A DNA stretch of 64,000 nucleotides from Callorhinchus milii (Eukaryota), in NCBI RefSeq assembly GCF_018977255.1, contig NW_024704742.1, positions 45,820,001 to 45,884,000 on the forward strand. Reading direction: 5' to 3'. The first letter of the stretch is position 1; each line of letters opens with the position of its first letter. Both the position numbers and the translations under genes were made by a program. Positions 25,428 through 38,180 of the stretch are shown here, piece after piece. Under the pieces are notes generated by a model that made no database searches, was not told where the DNA came from, and worked only from the letters and a program-made list of their open reading frames with translations.

Positions 25428-25845
25428 CTGCCTACATAAGCTGCAAGTAGGTCATTTTTGTACTTCAAAACCTTTCCAAAGTCAAAAAAAAGCACAATAA
25501 ATGTTGCTGTTAATTATCTGTCTAACAAAATACAAATAAGACAAGTCTAGTCATGTGTTATCACTTGGTGTAATGAAACATGCATGGAAATCACCAAGAC
25601 TTGATTTTCAATTGGTATTACATATCACAGCAATACATTAGCTGAACTACAACCTTGGCCAATCATTGTGAGGGTGATTTTATTAAATTAAGTCTGTACC
25701 ATTTTGAAATGTTTAGCTAAAAACTAAGAATTTTCTACATATTTTAAGGAAATCAGAACCTGAAAGATAAAAAAAAGCAGCTGAAAAATCAGGAAAAATC
25801 AGTTTTGCAGTACAGAAAGCATCTAACCAATTAAAACTGCATAAC

Positions 25846-26120
25846 TTGCCATTAAGAGCACTGTCTGGCAAGCTTTCCTGCTGCTTGTCCAACTTGGACC
25901 ACCCTACGCATTAGCATTCTGGTTTACGGGGTTGGCAGGAGCTAAGTGGGAAGAATCTCTGCCTCCATTGACTGATCTGCCCTTCCAAGTCCTGCCGATG
26001 AGCCAGGCTGGCTGTGCTGTCATCAGCAGTGCCCTGGAATACTGCAGACCCGCCTGGTTCAGGAACCGGACTACCGAGACCGCCACAGAGGGCTTGCTCG
26101 ATTCTGACATTCCATTGCCA
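25846..26120. repeat. Dispersed repeat, homologous to 59176-59300; possibly an RTE-clade LINE 5' region
   Basis: Alignable with 59176-59300 (..CAGGAGC(T/C)AAGTGGGAAGAATC..). The RTE assignment rests only on recalled similarity. Confidence 0.5.
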
Positions 26121-27171
26121 AACATGTTATTTTGCAGCTAGTTCAGCTTCAAGGAGACCCTGCTTACTTCGCCCTCCCCGAGGAGGATATTTTCATCATG
26201 TGTGTGATATTTATTTGTTGTGGATAGTATTATTTTGCAGGTCTATATAATGTCACTAAACAATTGTAAATTTTTCAGGTCACGGAGTCTTGTCTGTCAT
26301 TCCTCGAGATCCCTTAATGTATGGGATGTTTTGTTAACTCTTCTGAGTTGTCTGTTTGTTATTTCCACCAACCCATTGCTTTGTGCATATATCCTAGTGA
26401 CGATGTTCTGTAGTCGATGTCCCACTGTTTCGTGAATTTTTTATATTCAGCACTTGCAAATTGTGACCTATTAACACTTATGAATTCCCTTGGTATTCCA
26501 TGCCTGGCAAATATTTCTTTAGTCTTGTCTATTACTGTTTCTGCAACTGTATCATTTAATTCTGCATATTCACAAAACTTTTTTTGAGGTATAGTCTACT
26601 ATCAATAAATAATCTTTCCCAGTATAACAGAACAAATCCGTTCCCATTTTTGTCAATGCTGTGTGTGGTCTCTGATGCCCCATTAAAGGTTCATGCCTTT
26701 CTCTGTTTTGATGTCTCGCGCATGTCTCACATTTTCCTATGTAGTCCTCGATTTGTTTATTTATGCCCAGTCAAAATACTACATCTATTGCTCTTCTCTT
26801 CACTTTTTTTATTCCCCAATGCCTTTCATGTAAGTTTCACAAAAAAAAATTCTTAGCTCTCTTGGAATTTTTATCCTATGCCTTCTATATATTATCCTAT
26901 GCCCTCCTTCATATTATTATTAGCCCTCTACATATTTGTCGGGGACGTCCTCCCAACACGAAAGGTGCTCTATAAATGTAATGTTGTTGTTGTTCCTTTT
27001 TTCTGATATAAATAATTTATATACTCCCAATATGGCCGTACCTCCTCTGGTGCATGATATTTAATGTTTTGTCCATCTGCGAAGAGGGCTCCTTTTGCCT
27101 CCCCATCCTTCTTAACTTTCTGCTGCCTTTGATACTGCTAACTTTCTAAGGTTGAACATCAACAAGAAAGA

Positions 27172-27403
27172 TTGGGCAAGTTTCCTGACTCCACATGCCT
27201 GATAATAATCCCTCAAGAAAAAAAATAATAAATTGGTCACTTCCATCCACGACTGTATGTGGGACACTGCTGTGTGCAATTGGCTGCCGCATTTTGCCCT
27301 CAAATATAGAGTCAGTTCACTTTACATTATATTCTGTGAAGCGCTTTGAGACGTCAAGAAGATGTGAAAAGCCCTAAATTAAATGCAAGGATCATTATTA
27401 TTA
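27172..27403 (+). mobile_element. Headless SINE copy inside the Gypsy pol
   Basis: Body and tail match the 15629 SINE from TTGGGCAAGTTTCC onward. Confidence 0.85.
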
Positions 27404-27405
27404 AC

Positions 27406-28570
27406 AAGACCGAGGCTCTCCTGATTGGCTTCTGTCTGTGCCTCCACAACTCAGGCACTGACAGCATCACATCCATGGTTACACACTCCACTTACTGAGC
27501 CGGTCCAGAACCTTCACATCTTGTTTGACCCTCAACTATCCTTTCTACACCACATTTGTGCCATGACCCGCTCTGCCTTCCCCCACCTCCGCAACATCGC
27601 CCGCCTCCGACACTGTCTCACACCAAAGGCCACCGAGACCCTCATGAATGCATTCATTACATAATAATAAGTCTTGCATTTGATATAGCGCTTTTCACGT
27701 CTTCTAGACGTCTCAAAGCGCTTCATAGAACAGACTGTAAAGTGAATTGACTATATTTGTGGGTGAAATGTGGCAGCAAATTGCGCACAGCAGTGTCCCA
27801 CAAACAGTCATGGATTGAAGTGACCAATTTATTATTGTTGTTTTTCTTGAGGGATTATTATCAGGTGTGTGGAGTAAGGAAACTTGCCCAAAGTTTCACC
27901 CTGCTGGGAATCGAACTCAGGTCTCTTGCTTGCAAAGCGAATACTCTAACCACTGAGCTATACGACTCCATAAACTCCACAACATCCAAGCTCGACTCTG
28001 CAAACTCCCTGCTTGTTGGCCTCCCCAACTCCTCCCTTCATCGGCTGCAGATCATCCAGAACTCTGCAGCCCATGTCCTCTCCTGCATCAGGCTCCGTGA
28101 CCCTATCATCCGTATCCTCACCCGACTCCACTGGCTTACCATCACACAGAGGATACAGTTCAAGATCCTGGTCCTCACCTTCAAAGCCCTCCATGGCCTT
28201 TCACCCACCTACATCTGCGACCTCCTAATCCCCTACCACCTGCCCGCTCTCTCAGCTCAGCGGGCTCTGGCCTGCTTCACATACCCCGCCTCGCCTGCCC
28301 CACCATTGGCGGGCGGGACTTCAACAACTCTGTCCCCACCATCCACTTCATCCCGCAGTCCCTCCACCTCGCCTCCTCCCTTTTCTCCTTCAAGACTAGT
28401 CTCAAGACCCTTCTCTTTGACCGTGCATTCGGTCACCCTCCTTCCCCCCTGCCCTCCCGGATCCTGACCCCCAGCTCAGGTCCAAAACACTGATTCTCCA
28501 GTGCCTTGGAATGTCCTCTCGACATGAAAGGTGCTACACAAATGTAATTTTGTTGTTGTTATTGTTGTTG
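27406..28570 (+). mobile_element. 5'-truncated L2 inside the Gypsy pol, itself interrupted by a SINE
   Basis: LFDPQLSFL, LQIIQNSAA, LHWLTITQRIQFKIL; stem-loop and (GTT)n tail. Confidence 0.9.
27661..27970 (-). mobile_element. Full-length tRNA-headed SINE nested in L2 nested in Gypsy
   Basis: Reverse complement of the 15629-type SINE, including the head (AACCACTGAGCTA..ACTCCA). Confidence 0.92.
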
Positions 28571-31305
28571 CATCTTTTCTATTTTCTGGCCAATTGTTGT
28601 TCAACATCGTTTGAATTTCTTTACTCACTTTATCTTTTTTGTTTGCTTCTATTATTTAATTGTCACGTCTTGTTGCTTTTGTGATTTCCCATACCTGGAA
28701 CTCCATTTCCTTTTCTAATTGTTTATCCTCCTTGTTGCCATTTTGACATGGCCCATCTTAGTGCATCTGCCATATATAAGGTATTTCCTGGATTATATCT
28801 AAACTCTAAATTGTACCTTTGTAGTCTTATTCTCATTCTCTGTAATCTAATGTTTCATTTAATCCTTTCCAAAAACTTGCTTCTGATGGTTTGTGATCAT
28901 TTTCTATTATTACATTCTTTCCAAATACATATTGTTTAAATCTCTCGCATCCAAATACAACTGCTAAACACTCCTCTATCTGTGCGGATTTTTTTCTTTG
29001 TCTCTCCGATAGTGCTCTTGATCCATATGCTACAGTCTTTTCTTCTTGAGTTTGTATTGCTTCTAACCCTGTTTTACTTGCATCTACAGATATTTTAAGT
29101 GGCGCATATACATCATCACATTTTAACACTAGAGCTTTTGTTATAGTCTTTTTTATTTGCTAAAATACTTTTTTCTGTTCTTTTTCCGCACATGAACTCT
29201 CTTTTTCTTTTATAAGCTCCCTTGTTGGCTCCATTATTTCAGTTACTTTTGGAATAAATCTAGCCACCCAATTCACCATTCCCATGAGACTTTTTACTCC
29301 TTTTCTTAATCCATCGGTGTGGGCATTTTTGTTATTGCTATTACCTTTTTCTGATCAATTTTTAACCCTTATTGGGTAATTATATGTCCTAAGCATTTTA
29401 CTCCTATCCATCATTTTTCTTTGTTTAGCTTTACATTTTCTTCCAAACTTGTTTTTAATATCTTCTCCAACCTTTCATCATGTTCTTTCCATGTTTTACC
29501 ACATATCAAAATGTCATTAATATAATTGATCACCCCTGGTATTTCTTCCAATATTTGTGTCAATTTATTCTGAATCACCTCTTGTGCTGACTTGATGCCA
29601 AAGGGCATTCTTTGAAGCAGTACCTCCAATAAGGTGACATAAACAGTGTCAAGTACATGCTACCTTTTGATAATTTGACTTGCCAATACCCCGAGGAGCA
29701 ATCAAATATTGAGAAGTAATTAGCTCCATGTAGTAAAGCATGCGCATCTTCTAAAGTGGGAATTGCATAATGTTCCCTTTAAATAGCCCTGATTAACTGT
29801 TGTGCATTTAAACATATCCTTAATGATTTGTCTGGTTTCTCTATGATTACCACGGCCCTCACCACTCAGTGGGTTTGTCCACCATTTTTATTATTTGGTC
29901 CCTTTCCATTTGGTCTAATTTTTCTTTGAGTCTTTCTATCCATTGCCTCTGGTATCTCCTTAATGGCTGAATTACTGATGGTACTGTCTCTTCTAATCTT
30001 ATTGTGTAATCTCCTTTCATTAATTCTCTGTCTCCAAACGCCTGTTTATATTTTCCTGCTATTTATTCCGTCTCCCTTGGTTCCCTTTCCTCTATTTTCA
30101 CATTCCCAATTATTTTTAACATTCCCATTTTTATTATATCTTCCAGTCCTAATAAAGAATCATCTTTTATTTTTGCAATGTAAGATTCTATATTTTCCTT
30201 ATTTGGTTCTCTGAATTTTATATATTTTCCCCAAGCCATTACACTGGCCTGTGCTCCTGTATCTAATTTGCACTGAATAATTTCCTTACTTTTTTTCACT
30301 ATAGATGTAACATCCACTCATTTGTTTTCTTTTTGTTCAGTGTGTACTGTCTTTATGATTTCCACTGCTTCAATGTTGTACTCCTTTTGTTCACTTTCTC
30401 TGGATTCTATACTTGAGCTGTCTCTCTTTTCATTATCCCTTGATTTAATTTGCCCAATTCTGGTTCTCCTCAGGTTACTTGGCATCTTGTACTCTCTTTC
30501 CTTTTGTTTGACTTTTCTCCTGTGCTTGATATCTCCTATATCTCTCTACATTTTCAAGTTATCTATTCCTGCATAATGCCTATATCTTTTGCATTGCTAA
30601 CATTCTTTTCTTTTCATTCTGTGGGACATCTCCTCATAGGATATACCGCATTTGGCACATTTGTCCATTCTGTTTGGCCTCCCTCTTGGCCTATATATTC
30701 TCTGCACTCCATACGCTTCATCTGTATCATTCCAACTTTGTCTGCTGGCTAGTTCATCTATTTCCATTTCTGTTTCTCTCTCCATGTCTCTCATTTTTGT
30801 CACTTCTTCAATCCTTATTATCTCTATTGCCAATTTTAACATCAGATACCCTTTTTTTTCCGAAAGGTTTCCTTGGAATCTCCTATCTTTTATACCAACT
30901 ACAATCTGGTCCTGTATCATTTCCTCTCTTAATGTTCAGTAATTGCAATTTGTACTTGGGGATCTCAGTACCGCATGGTACTGATTGAATGATTCTGTGC
31001 TTCCCTGTTTTCTTGTTCCAAACTTAAACCAAACTTTTCATGGTTGCAAAATATTCCCTTGCTTCCTCACCTGCCACATTCAAAAATATCACAGACTGGT
31101 CTCCCTATGCAGCTTCATTACATTTTCTGCTAATCCAAACATTTTAAAGTCTCTTTCAAACCGTTACCAATTGTACCACAAACTTCTAAACAACTTCAGT
31201 GGTCTTGGTAACCGCACATATGACATTCAATTCTGCTTCTCTTGACATTTTACTTTTCAATCCGTATTCAATCCCGTAATCCATTTTACTCCAGGTTCCA
31301 TTTTA

Positions 31306-31318
31306 ACTTCTGACACCA
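31306..31318 (-). promoter_or_regulatory. Primer-binding site complementary to the tRNA-Leu(CAA) 3' end
   Basis: Minus strand TGGTGTCAGAAGT directly follows ...ACA (LTR end); vertebrate tRNA-Leu(CAA) ends ...ACTTCTGACACCA. Confidence 0.85.
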
Positions 31319-31498
31319 TGTATTATTTTTCAATCCACAACACAGTTTAGATTCAATAGTTCCTTTATTTCAACCTTACGCTTTCACTCTCTTCAGCTCT
31401 CTGCCCGGTCAAGTTCCCAGAATCCTTTTATGTTTCCTCCTTGCTTCTAATTGCCAATGTCCAGTTCCCAATTTAGCATTAAAGCAAAATGCAACACA
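31319..31498 (-). repeat. Putative 5' LTR of the Gypsy element (~180 bp)
   Basis: Ends in CA next to the PBS, contains AATAAA on the minus strand, and has a candidate TGTGTTG start at 31498; outer boundary uncertain. Confidence 0.6.
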
Positions 31499-32739
31499 GG
31501 TCTTAAGTATTCAGATTATGTGACATCTTATTAAAGACTCAATACGTCTCTTTTCCATTGTATAAATTGTTTCACCAATATATAAAGCTAATTTTCTCTG
31601 AAATACAGCTTAGGAATAATGTTATGTTTTGCACACTATTTTCCATGATTTATCACCTGTGTAAAGTCAATTTTTTTAACAAAGGTCAAGTGCCTCATTT
31701 ACATTTGGGAAAGTGCTAGATTTGCATGATTTTAGTTAAAATGCTTTTAAATTGCTTAATTCACAGGCAAACACAATTTGCCATGTAAAAAAAATAAAAA
31801 GTTTAGAGTTTAAAAATGAATAAGCATAACTCACATATGTTTAGCATTAAAAGAGACTTGCCCAAAATGGATTCCCCCACAAATTCCTTAATAGTCTCCT
31901 CAAATCATTAAAATGTGGCATACCATCGCCTCTATAGAAGGCCCTTCACTAAAACATGATGTGAGTGGGGTATATACTCAATTCAAAACCTATGAATAAA
32001 TCTGGCTTAGCTGATAGCATCCTCACCCTCAATCAGAAAATTATGGGTTGAAGCACCACGTGAGTTTTGAATTTACAACGCCTGGCTGACGTTCCAGTGT
32101 TGGAGGTGTGTTGCATTATTGAAAATGCTGTCCTTCAGATGTAATGTTAATCTGAGGTACCATCCTGGCCAACAATCTCCCAAATAAAACAGGTTGCTGT
32201 GTTTGCTTAGAAAATGCGTAGTCACTTCAGTTTATTGTAATCCTGTGAAGCACTTTGGAACACTCTCCTGATATGAAAGGAGATAAATGAAATGTAAGGA
32301 ACCCCCTCAATATAGCATTCTTTGAAACATATTAATTTCCTTTGGGTTTTATTCACTGATATTCAGAGGAACATCACTACCTCTCGAGTAAAAGCTTCAG
32401 TACACTACTCCATGAACTAGTGGAGTATTTCATATAATATTCATTGTGGATTTTACAGCAATAGTCAAACACATTGCTAACATATTACTTCTCTCAGGCA
32501 ACCTTTACTATCAATGTTTTCCAAATTCTTTTTAAAAAAAATAAAGATGATCTCCCAAATTTATTTTTAAATCCAAATCAATTACAATTAATCTAACTCA
32601 GACATTCAGATATATTTGCAAAAATCTGAAAATTGCTATTGTGCAATGAACTATTAGTTGTTTAGGCAGTTTCGAATACATGCACAAATTTAAGTGTATC
32701 ACGAGAAGAAAAATGGCGGAGGTAAAAAGAAACATTTTT

Positions 32740-32970
32740 ATACAGAGGCTTTGAATATGCAAGGATTTACCAAAAAAANGCTGTTGAGCCTGAGCCTATT
32801 AAAACATTTGAAAGGAAATTGGACAAGCACTTGCGGGGAAATAACATTTAAGGTTATGGGGAAAGAACAGCAGAATGGGATTAAAGCAAATCATTCCAGC
32901 AGGGAAACTACAACCAGGATATGATGGGCCAAATTGCTTCCTTCTGCATTGTAAACTTTCTATGGTTCTA
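32740..32970 (+). mobile_element. Old CR1 3' end fragment
   Basis: FYTE.LN / TTTGAAAGGAAATTGGACAAG / GATGGGCCAAATTGCTTCCTTCTG..TTCTATGGTTCTA tail. Confidence 0.7.
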
Positions 32971-33859
32971 AATCTTGTGAGACATCTGTTCTAGCTAAAA
33001 CTGGCCATGCTAAACTACTTTAGTGTCTAATTTGCAATAATCGCAAACCAGATTTGTTGTGTTAAATGTGACTTCCGGCTTGTGACTAGCACCTTGTGAA
33101 ATTTAACAGCCACCACTTCTGAAATCCCAAATGAACAAAGATCTTTGCTATGTAATTTTACTCATCAGGTTTTTATTTGGCTTCACCAATTGGTGATCTG
33201 CTGCTGTTTGAATCTCACAAATCTCGCAATCTAATATTCACAATCTGGAATCTGTACTTTCATTTTGACTTACATTTTGAACCCTTGTGTTTTATTCATC
33301 CCAAGAACTCACTAACTACTGTGGCAGATGCAGCAGTTATACGTGCTAGAATTTGGTTTACAATTAGCATTTAAGCATAAAATTGGCGGCACTGCACATA
33401 AAAATACATTGCTGAGCTGCAAGCAAATGCTACAAGATCTGTGCTGGTGCCAATACTTATGGAATTCAGCATTTTAAGTCTTTGGATTTAATGCTCTTTA
33501 AATCTTAGTAGGAATCCTCTTTGGGCTTTGAAGTTATTGCAAGTCATGATTAGTGGACAGATAGCTCTTTGAAACCAACAGGACTGTGCACAGCAGCAGC
33601 AGCTGCAAGTAATGCAAACAGGATTTTAGGTTGTATAACTAGAAGGATAGAACATAAATCATAGGACATAACCATATATAAAGCATCGGTCAAGCTCCAA
33701 CTGGAACATTTCTGGAGTTCATATTACAGTGCAGACATTCTGGCATTGGAGAAGATATGCTTGTGGCCAACTCTATTAATGTATTGAACAAGCCGTCCAA
33801 ATTATGAGGAAACATTGCACAAATTGTGAATGTTTACCTCGAAGAGGAAATAAGGCATG

Positions 33860-34140
33860 ATTCTGTGACATATTCTTTCAGGTGGAATGTTAAAGCAAGA
33901 TCCTGTCTGCACATTCGATGCACTGATAAAAATCTTATTGTACCATTCAAACAACAAAGGGGGAGTTTCTGGACAGCTAACTTCCAAAGCAATCAGTCTT
34001 CCACTTGGGTGACGTTGCTGGAACAAATTGCTACTGTGTTTGCCTAGAAAAACGTACAATATAGACACACTTAGCAATAATTATTTTGGAAGTGCTTTGA
34101 GATGCTTTGATGGTATATCGTATTACAAAAATATAAGTTT
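33860..34140 (+). mobile_element. Old Deu-domain SINE, decayed
   Basis: AATGTTAAAGCAAG..CTGTCTG, GGGGAGTTTC, CAAATTG..TGTGTTTGCCTA, GTGCTTTGAGATG. Confidence 0.65.
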
Positions 34141-35569
34141 CCTTTTCCAGAGATGGACAGGCAAATTGGACTCCATGATTTGATCACTATCATTAAGATG
34201 CCCCAAATCTGGACATCAGGTACAGAAAGGCGAGATGAATAGAGAAACTGGATTCTAATACTTTACATTGAGTGCAGTAAATATGTTTGTTTATGGAATA
34301 CAGTAGAGGTGGATATGATTGACTGTTTTACAATACAATAACAAGAATAATTTACATTTATATGCAGTGGGTTTCATTTTGGGAGGACATCTCAAAGCAT
34401 GTTGCACAGCTAATCGGGAGCCTGAACATGAGGGAGGGGGAAGAACTGAGAAGTATAGGCAATGAAAGGTGACTGAAAGTGCAGCCGGGAGGTTTTGAAG
34501 AGGGGAAGAGCAAGATGGGCGGTGCTCCAAGTGAACAACATGATTGAAGCTTCACTGTCGAAGTCAGCGCATGAGCAGGGCAGGAGGTTTACATCAGTTT
34601 GCAGAGGTAGGCTGGGACTTTTAAAGTGGGGAATATGTTAATCAAGGTCACTGGGGATTCTTCAGGAAAGTGTATGCATAAGAGAGCTCAGATATTTAAA
34701 AATAAGCCTGTGATGGTCTTTTTTTGCATGTTGTTATCTTCCGAAGATAGAAACTGTAAAGTGCTGCTATTCTTTATTGACTGTTTGTGATTAAATCTAT
34801 AAACAGAAAGGGTTAACTGGGTAGGTAACACATCTGCTCATTGCATCATTAAACACATACAGTCTAACAGAAATGTAGAAATCAACAGAGCAGAAGGAGG
34901 CCATTCAGCCCATCAAGTCTGCACTGGCTCACAGAGCAAGGAGATGAATTCAATCCTACCAACCTGCTTTATCTCCATAACTCTTCAAGCTCCTCTCATT
35001 CATATATTTCATAATGATGTAGAAAAAGATTCAGTTAAACTTTCTACAGCAACTGATAAATCCTCTGTTGAAGTCATGGATAAAATCAATACAGACAAGA
35101 TAAATACTCTGAATTCTAATCTGAGCTGAGTTAATTGATCTCACCAGTTGGAGTACTACTTTGACTGGATTTGGGCAAGGAAAATGACCCAGACTTCACA
35201 TTCCTATGGTAAGGAGGCAGAATTACTTAGAGTTCCCATTATTAATAATATTATAAATGCTTTCCACTTGATATAGCACTTTTCACATCAGGAGTTTGTC
35301 TCAAACCGCATTACAGTGTTTTACTATTAAGTGCAGTGGCTGTGTATTTTGTAGGTGAACAATCCTGGGTAAGGGAGGGAAAAAATCACAGAGTTCACAT
35401 TTCTGAAAGCTATCCAGAGATTTCAGAGTTCACATTCCTAAACTAGGGAGGGAAAAATCACAGAGAGTACACATTTCTGAAAGCTATTCAGAGACATCTG
35501 TTGGAAGGTGTGAGTGTACAATCATTGATGACTCTGAAATGTCCTTTACAATCACAAATCCTCGCCTTG

Positions 35570-36742
35570 AGCTTTCTCTCACCTACCGGGACATTATCGA
35601 TGCTTTGATCATGTCCAAGCTTGACTTCACTAATTCTCTGCTCACCGACTTCCCAACTCTTCCCTCCACAAGCTACAAACTATTCTGCAGCTGGTGTGGG
35701 AGAGGACCCTGCAGTTCATGTCCACTCCCACATCAGACTCCTGCCAGGCTATCACCCTCTTCCTCACCCCTAGCGGATCAGCCTTGCCCCATCCTATATC
35801 TGTGACCTTCTAAAACCTCACCAACACTTCTGTTTGGGGGCACTAGCCTGCTTCATATATTCATACACCCCACCATTGGTTGGGCCTTCTGCCCCCACTC
35901 TCTGGAATTGCATTTGCCTCCCTTTGCCTGACCTCTTCCCTCATCTCCTTCAAGGACCATCTCAAAACCTTTGTCTTTGATCATAGCTTCAGTCAGCTTC
36001 CCACCCCCACCTCCACCCCTTTTCAAATCCAACCACAGCTCAGATGCAGACCCTCAATTGTCCAGCACCTTGGGACAGCCTCCTAATGTGAGACTCTTGT
36101 TCATACCTTCATCACCTCCAGACTCAACTCTGCAAATGCCCTGCTTGTTGACCTTCCCAACTCCTCCCTCCACAGGCTGCAGATAATCGAGAACTCTGCA
36201 GCCCGTGTCCTCTCCCACACCAAATTCCGTGATCCCATCTCCCCCATTCTCGCCCGACTCCATTGGCTCCCTATCCTTCAGGGGATCCAGTTCAAGATCC
36301 TGGTTCTCACCTACAAAGCACTCCATGGCCTCGCCGCACCCTACCTCTGCGACCTCCTAAACCCCTAATAATCTGCCAGTTCCCTCTGCTCAGCCGGCTC
36401 TGGTCTGCTCCGCGTCTCCCTACCCACCCACCCCACCACTGGCGGAAGAGCCTTCAGCCACTCTGCCTCCAACCTCTGGAATCCCATCCCCCAATCACTC
36501 TGCCTTGCCCCCTCTTTAGCCTCCTTCAAGTCCCGCCTCAAGACGCTCCTCTTCAACCATGCCATCGGCCATCCCCCTTCCCCTCCCCTCCCTTCTTACC
36601 CCCTGACCCCAGCTTGGGTCTGAAACTGTCACTGTCCAGCACCTTGGGATGTCATCCTGACATGAAAGGCGCTATATAAATGCAATCTTGTTGTTGTTGT
36701 TGTTGAAAAGCACTGTATAAATGCAATTGATTGCTGTTGTTG
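35570..36742 (+). mobile_element. Old L2 3' fragment whose terminal stem-loop is split by a younger L2
   Basis: SKLDFTNSLL and FKDHLKTFVFD; tail halves CCTTGGGAC..AATGTGA (to 36091) and AAAGCACTGTATAAATGCAA..GTTGTTG (from 36706). Confidence 0.8.
36092..36705 (+). mobile_element. 5'-truncated younger L2
   Basis: LQIIENSAARVL, LHWLPI, FKILV motifs; stem-loop; (GTT)n tail. Confidence 0.92.
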
Positions 36743-37666
36743 ATTGAGGACTGGCTCGGGTCGGCTTGACTAGTAATACCATTTGTGACCTATTTGCCTT
36801 TCAAAGTTCACTGAGAAAAAATTACGAGATGAGTCAGGACCCAGGGAGGCAAATTGGAAATCACTTCAGCATAGGAAAGGAACGGAGAAAAAAATGCTTG
36901 AAGTATTCCCCTCCAGTGCAGTGTCTAAGGATACAGGGCTCAACAACTCTAAGTAGAATTCAATATTATTCAGTGAAATAATTATGGACTAAAAAGAAAG
37001 TAATTAAATATTTCAATTTTTTTTCATAAATGACTGAACCTTTGAGGAATTATTTTATTTACTTGTAGTAAATGTTAGAGGATGACATTATTTCTGTGGA
37101 TAATACAGCTTAAATGACACCATGTAACAATTGCCACAATACACCAATCACAGGAGATTATCTCATTTGTGTCATGACAGTCAGAAATCTTGTAATTTTA
37201 TGCCATTTACATTTTTGAGACCACAAAATAAAAGATTAAATTTGCCACTAATCTGTTAGATGAAAGCATTTTATTGGCATTTGTACTTTCTGCTGCTTTT
37301 GAAGCAATGAATGAGACGAACGACTAAAGGAAGCTCCAGTGAATCTATTCCCCAGGTATTTATATCATCATCCCAGCCGTAGATTAGAAATAAATTGAAT
37401 GAGATTTTCTATTTAAAAGGGATGTTTATGAATATGTAGATTAACTCTTTAAATGGCAATCACAGCTACAAATGTTGCATTTTTGATCAATTTCCGGGCT
37501 CACTATGGATTTGCACAGGGGTCAGAAAAGACCATGGATGATAAACACAAATTATTAAATGTTTCTATTTGTTATGAGCTCATGCATTATCCAGGATATA
37601 AATTTATCAGATGTCAGTGTTGATTTTTGGGTTTGAAACCCAAAAAATAATTAAATGAAATACGAA

Positions 37667-38180
37667 TATAGATAAACCCGTTTAGCCAGACTAATGGGGT
37701 AGGGGGGAGGAGGCGGAGATATCCAGTCTGGCGAGTCGGAATTTCCGGCTAAATGTAATTACAATCTCAGTAATGCAAACAAATGCACATGCGGTGCTGG
37801 AAAATGACAGCGTTTACTGGCATTTTCCGACACTGCATATGCATTTCAAGCATTGTATATAAAAAAGTAGTCACTGAACCATGCGGACACTGGATGCCAG
37901 ATAAAGGCTAGTGAGGCAGGAATCTGTGAACTGCTCAGTGCAGGGTTGGTGCACACTATGTGAGACAACAAAATGATAGATTAAATTCACTGCTGGTCTA
38001 TTAGATAAAAGCATTTATTGGCATTTGAACATTTCCGCGGGGCCACGGGAAGACTCCCACCAGCCCGAGTCACCATAGGGGCACTGTGAAAATGTTCTTT
38101 TATTTTTTTGGTTTGGGGCCCGGTTTGACTAGGCTAAAATTCCAGATACCTGGAGTCTCGTAAACTGGGGGTATACTGTA
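37667..38180. mobile_element. Putative Tc1/mariner (Tigger/pogo-like) MITE with degenerate TIRs and TA ends
   Basis: Left TATAGATAAACCCGTTTAGCCAGACT versus right reverse complement TACAGTATACCCCCAGTTTACGAGACT; subterminal GGAATTT..GCTA-like motif on both arms. Confidence 0.6.

Larger units (their letters stand above)
26185..31498 (-). mobile_element. Decayed Gypsy (Mag-like) LTR retrotransposon: 5' LTR-PBS-gag-PR-RT-RH-IN, interrupted by L2/SINE insertions; 3' LTR not found
   Basis: gag MIQDQIVVGIKD plus CCHC remnants; PR KLDTGAQASV; RT RMPFGIKSAQEV and YINDIL; RH DASKTGL, AYGSRAL, ENDHKP; IN (by hand, 26340-26850) LHERHWGI, CETC, GKDYLLIVDY, IFARHGIP, QSNGLVE. Confidence 0.9.

Noticed and set aside
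26120..26185. 3' LTR or polypurine tract of the Gypsy element
   Set aside because: No convincing similarity to 31319-31498.
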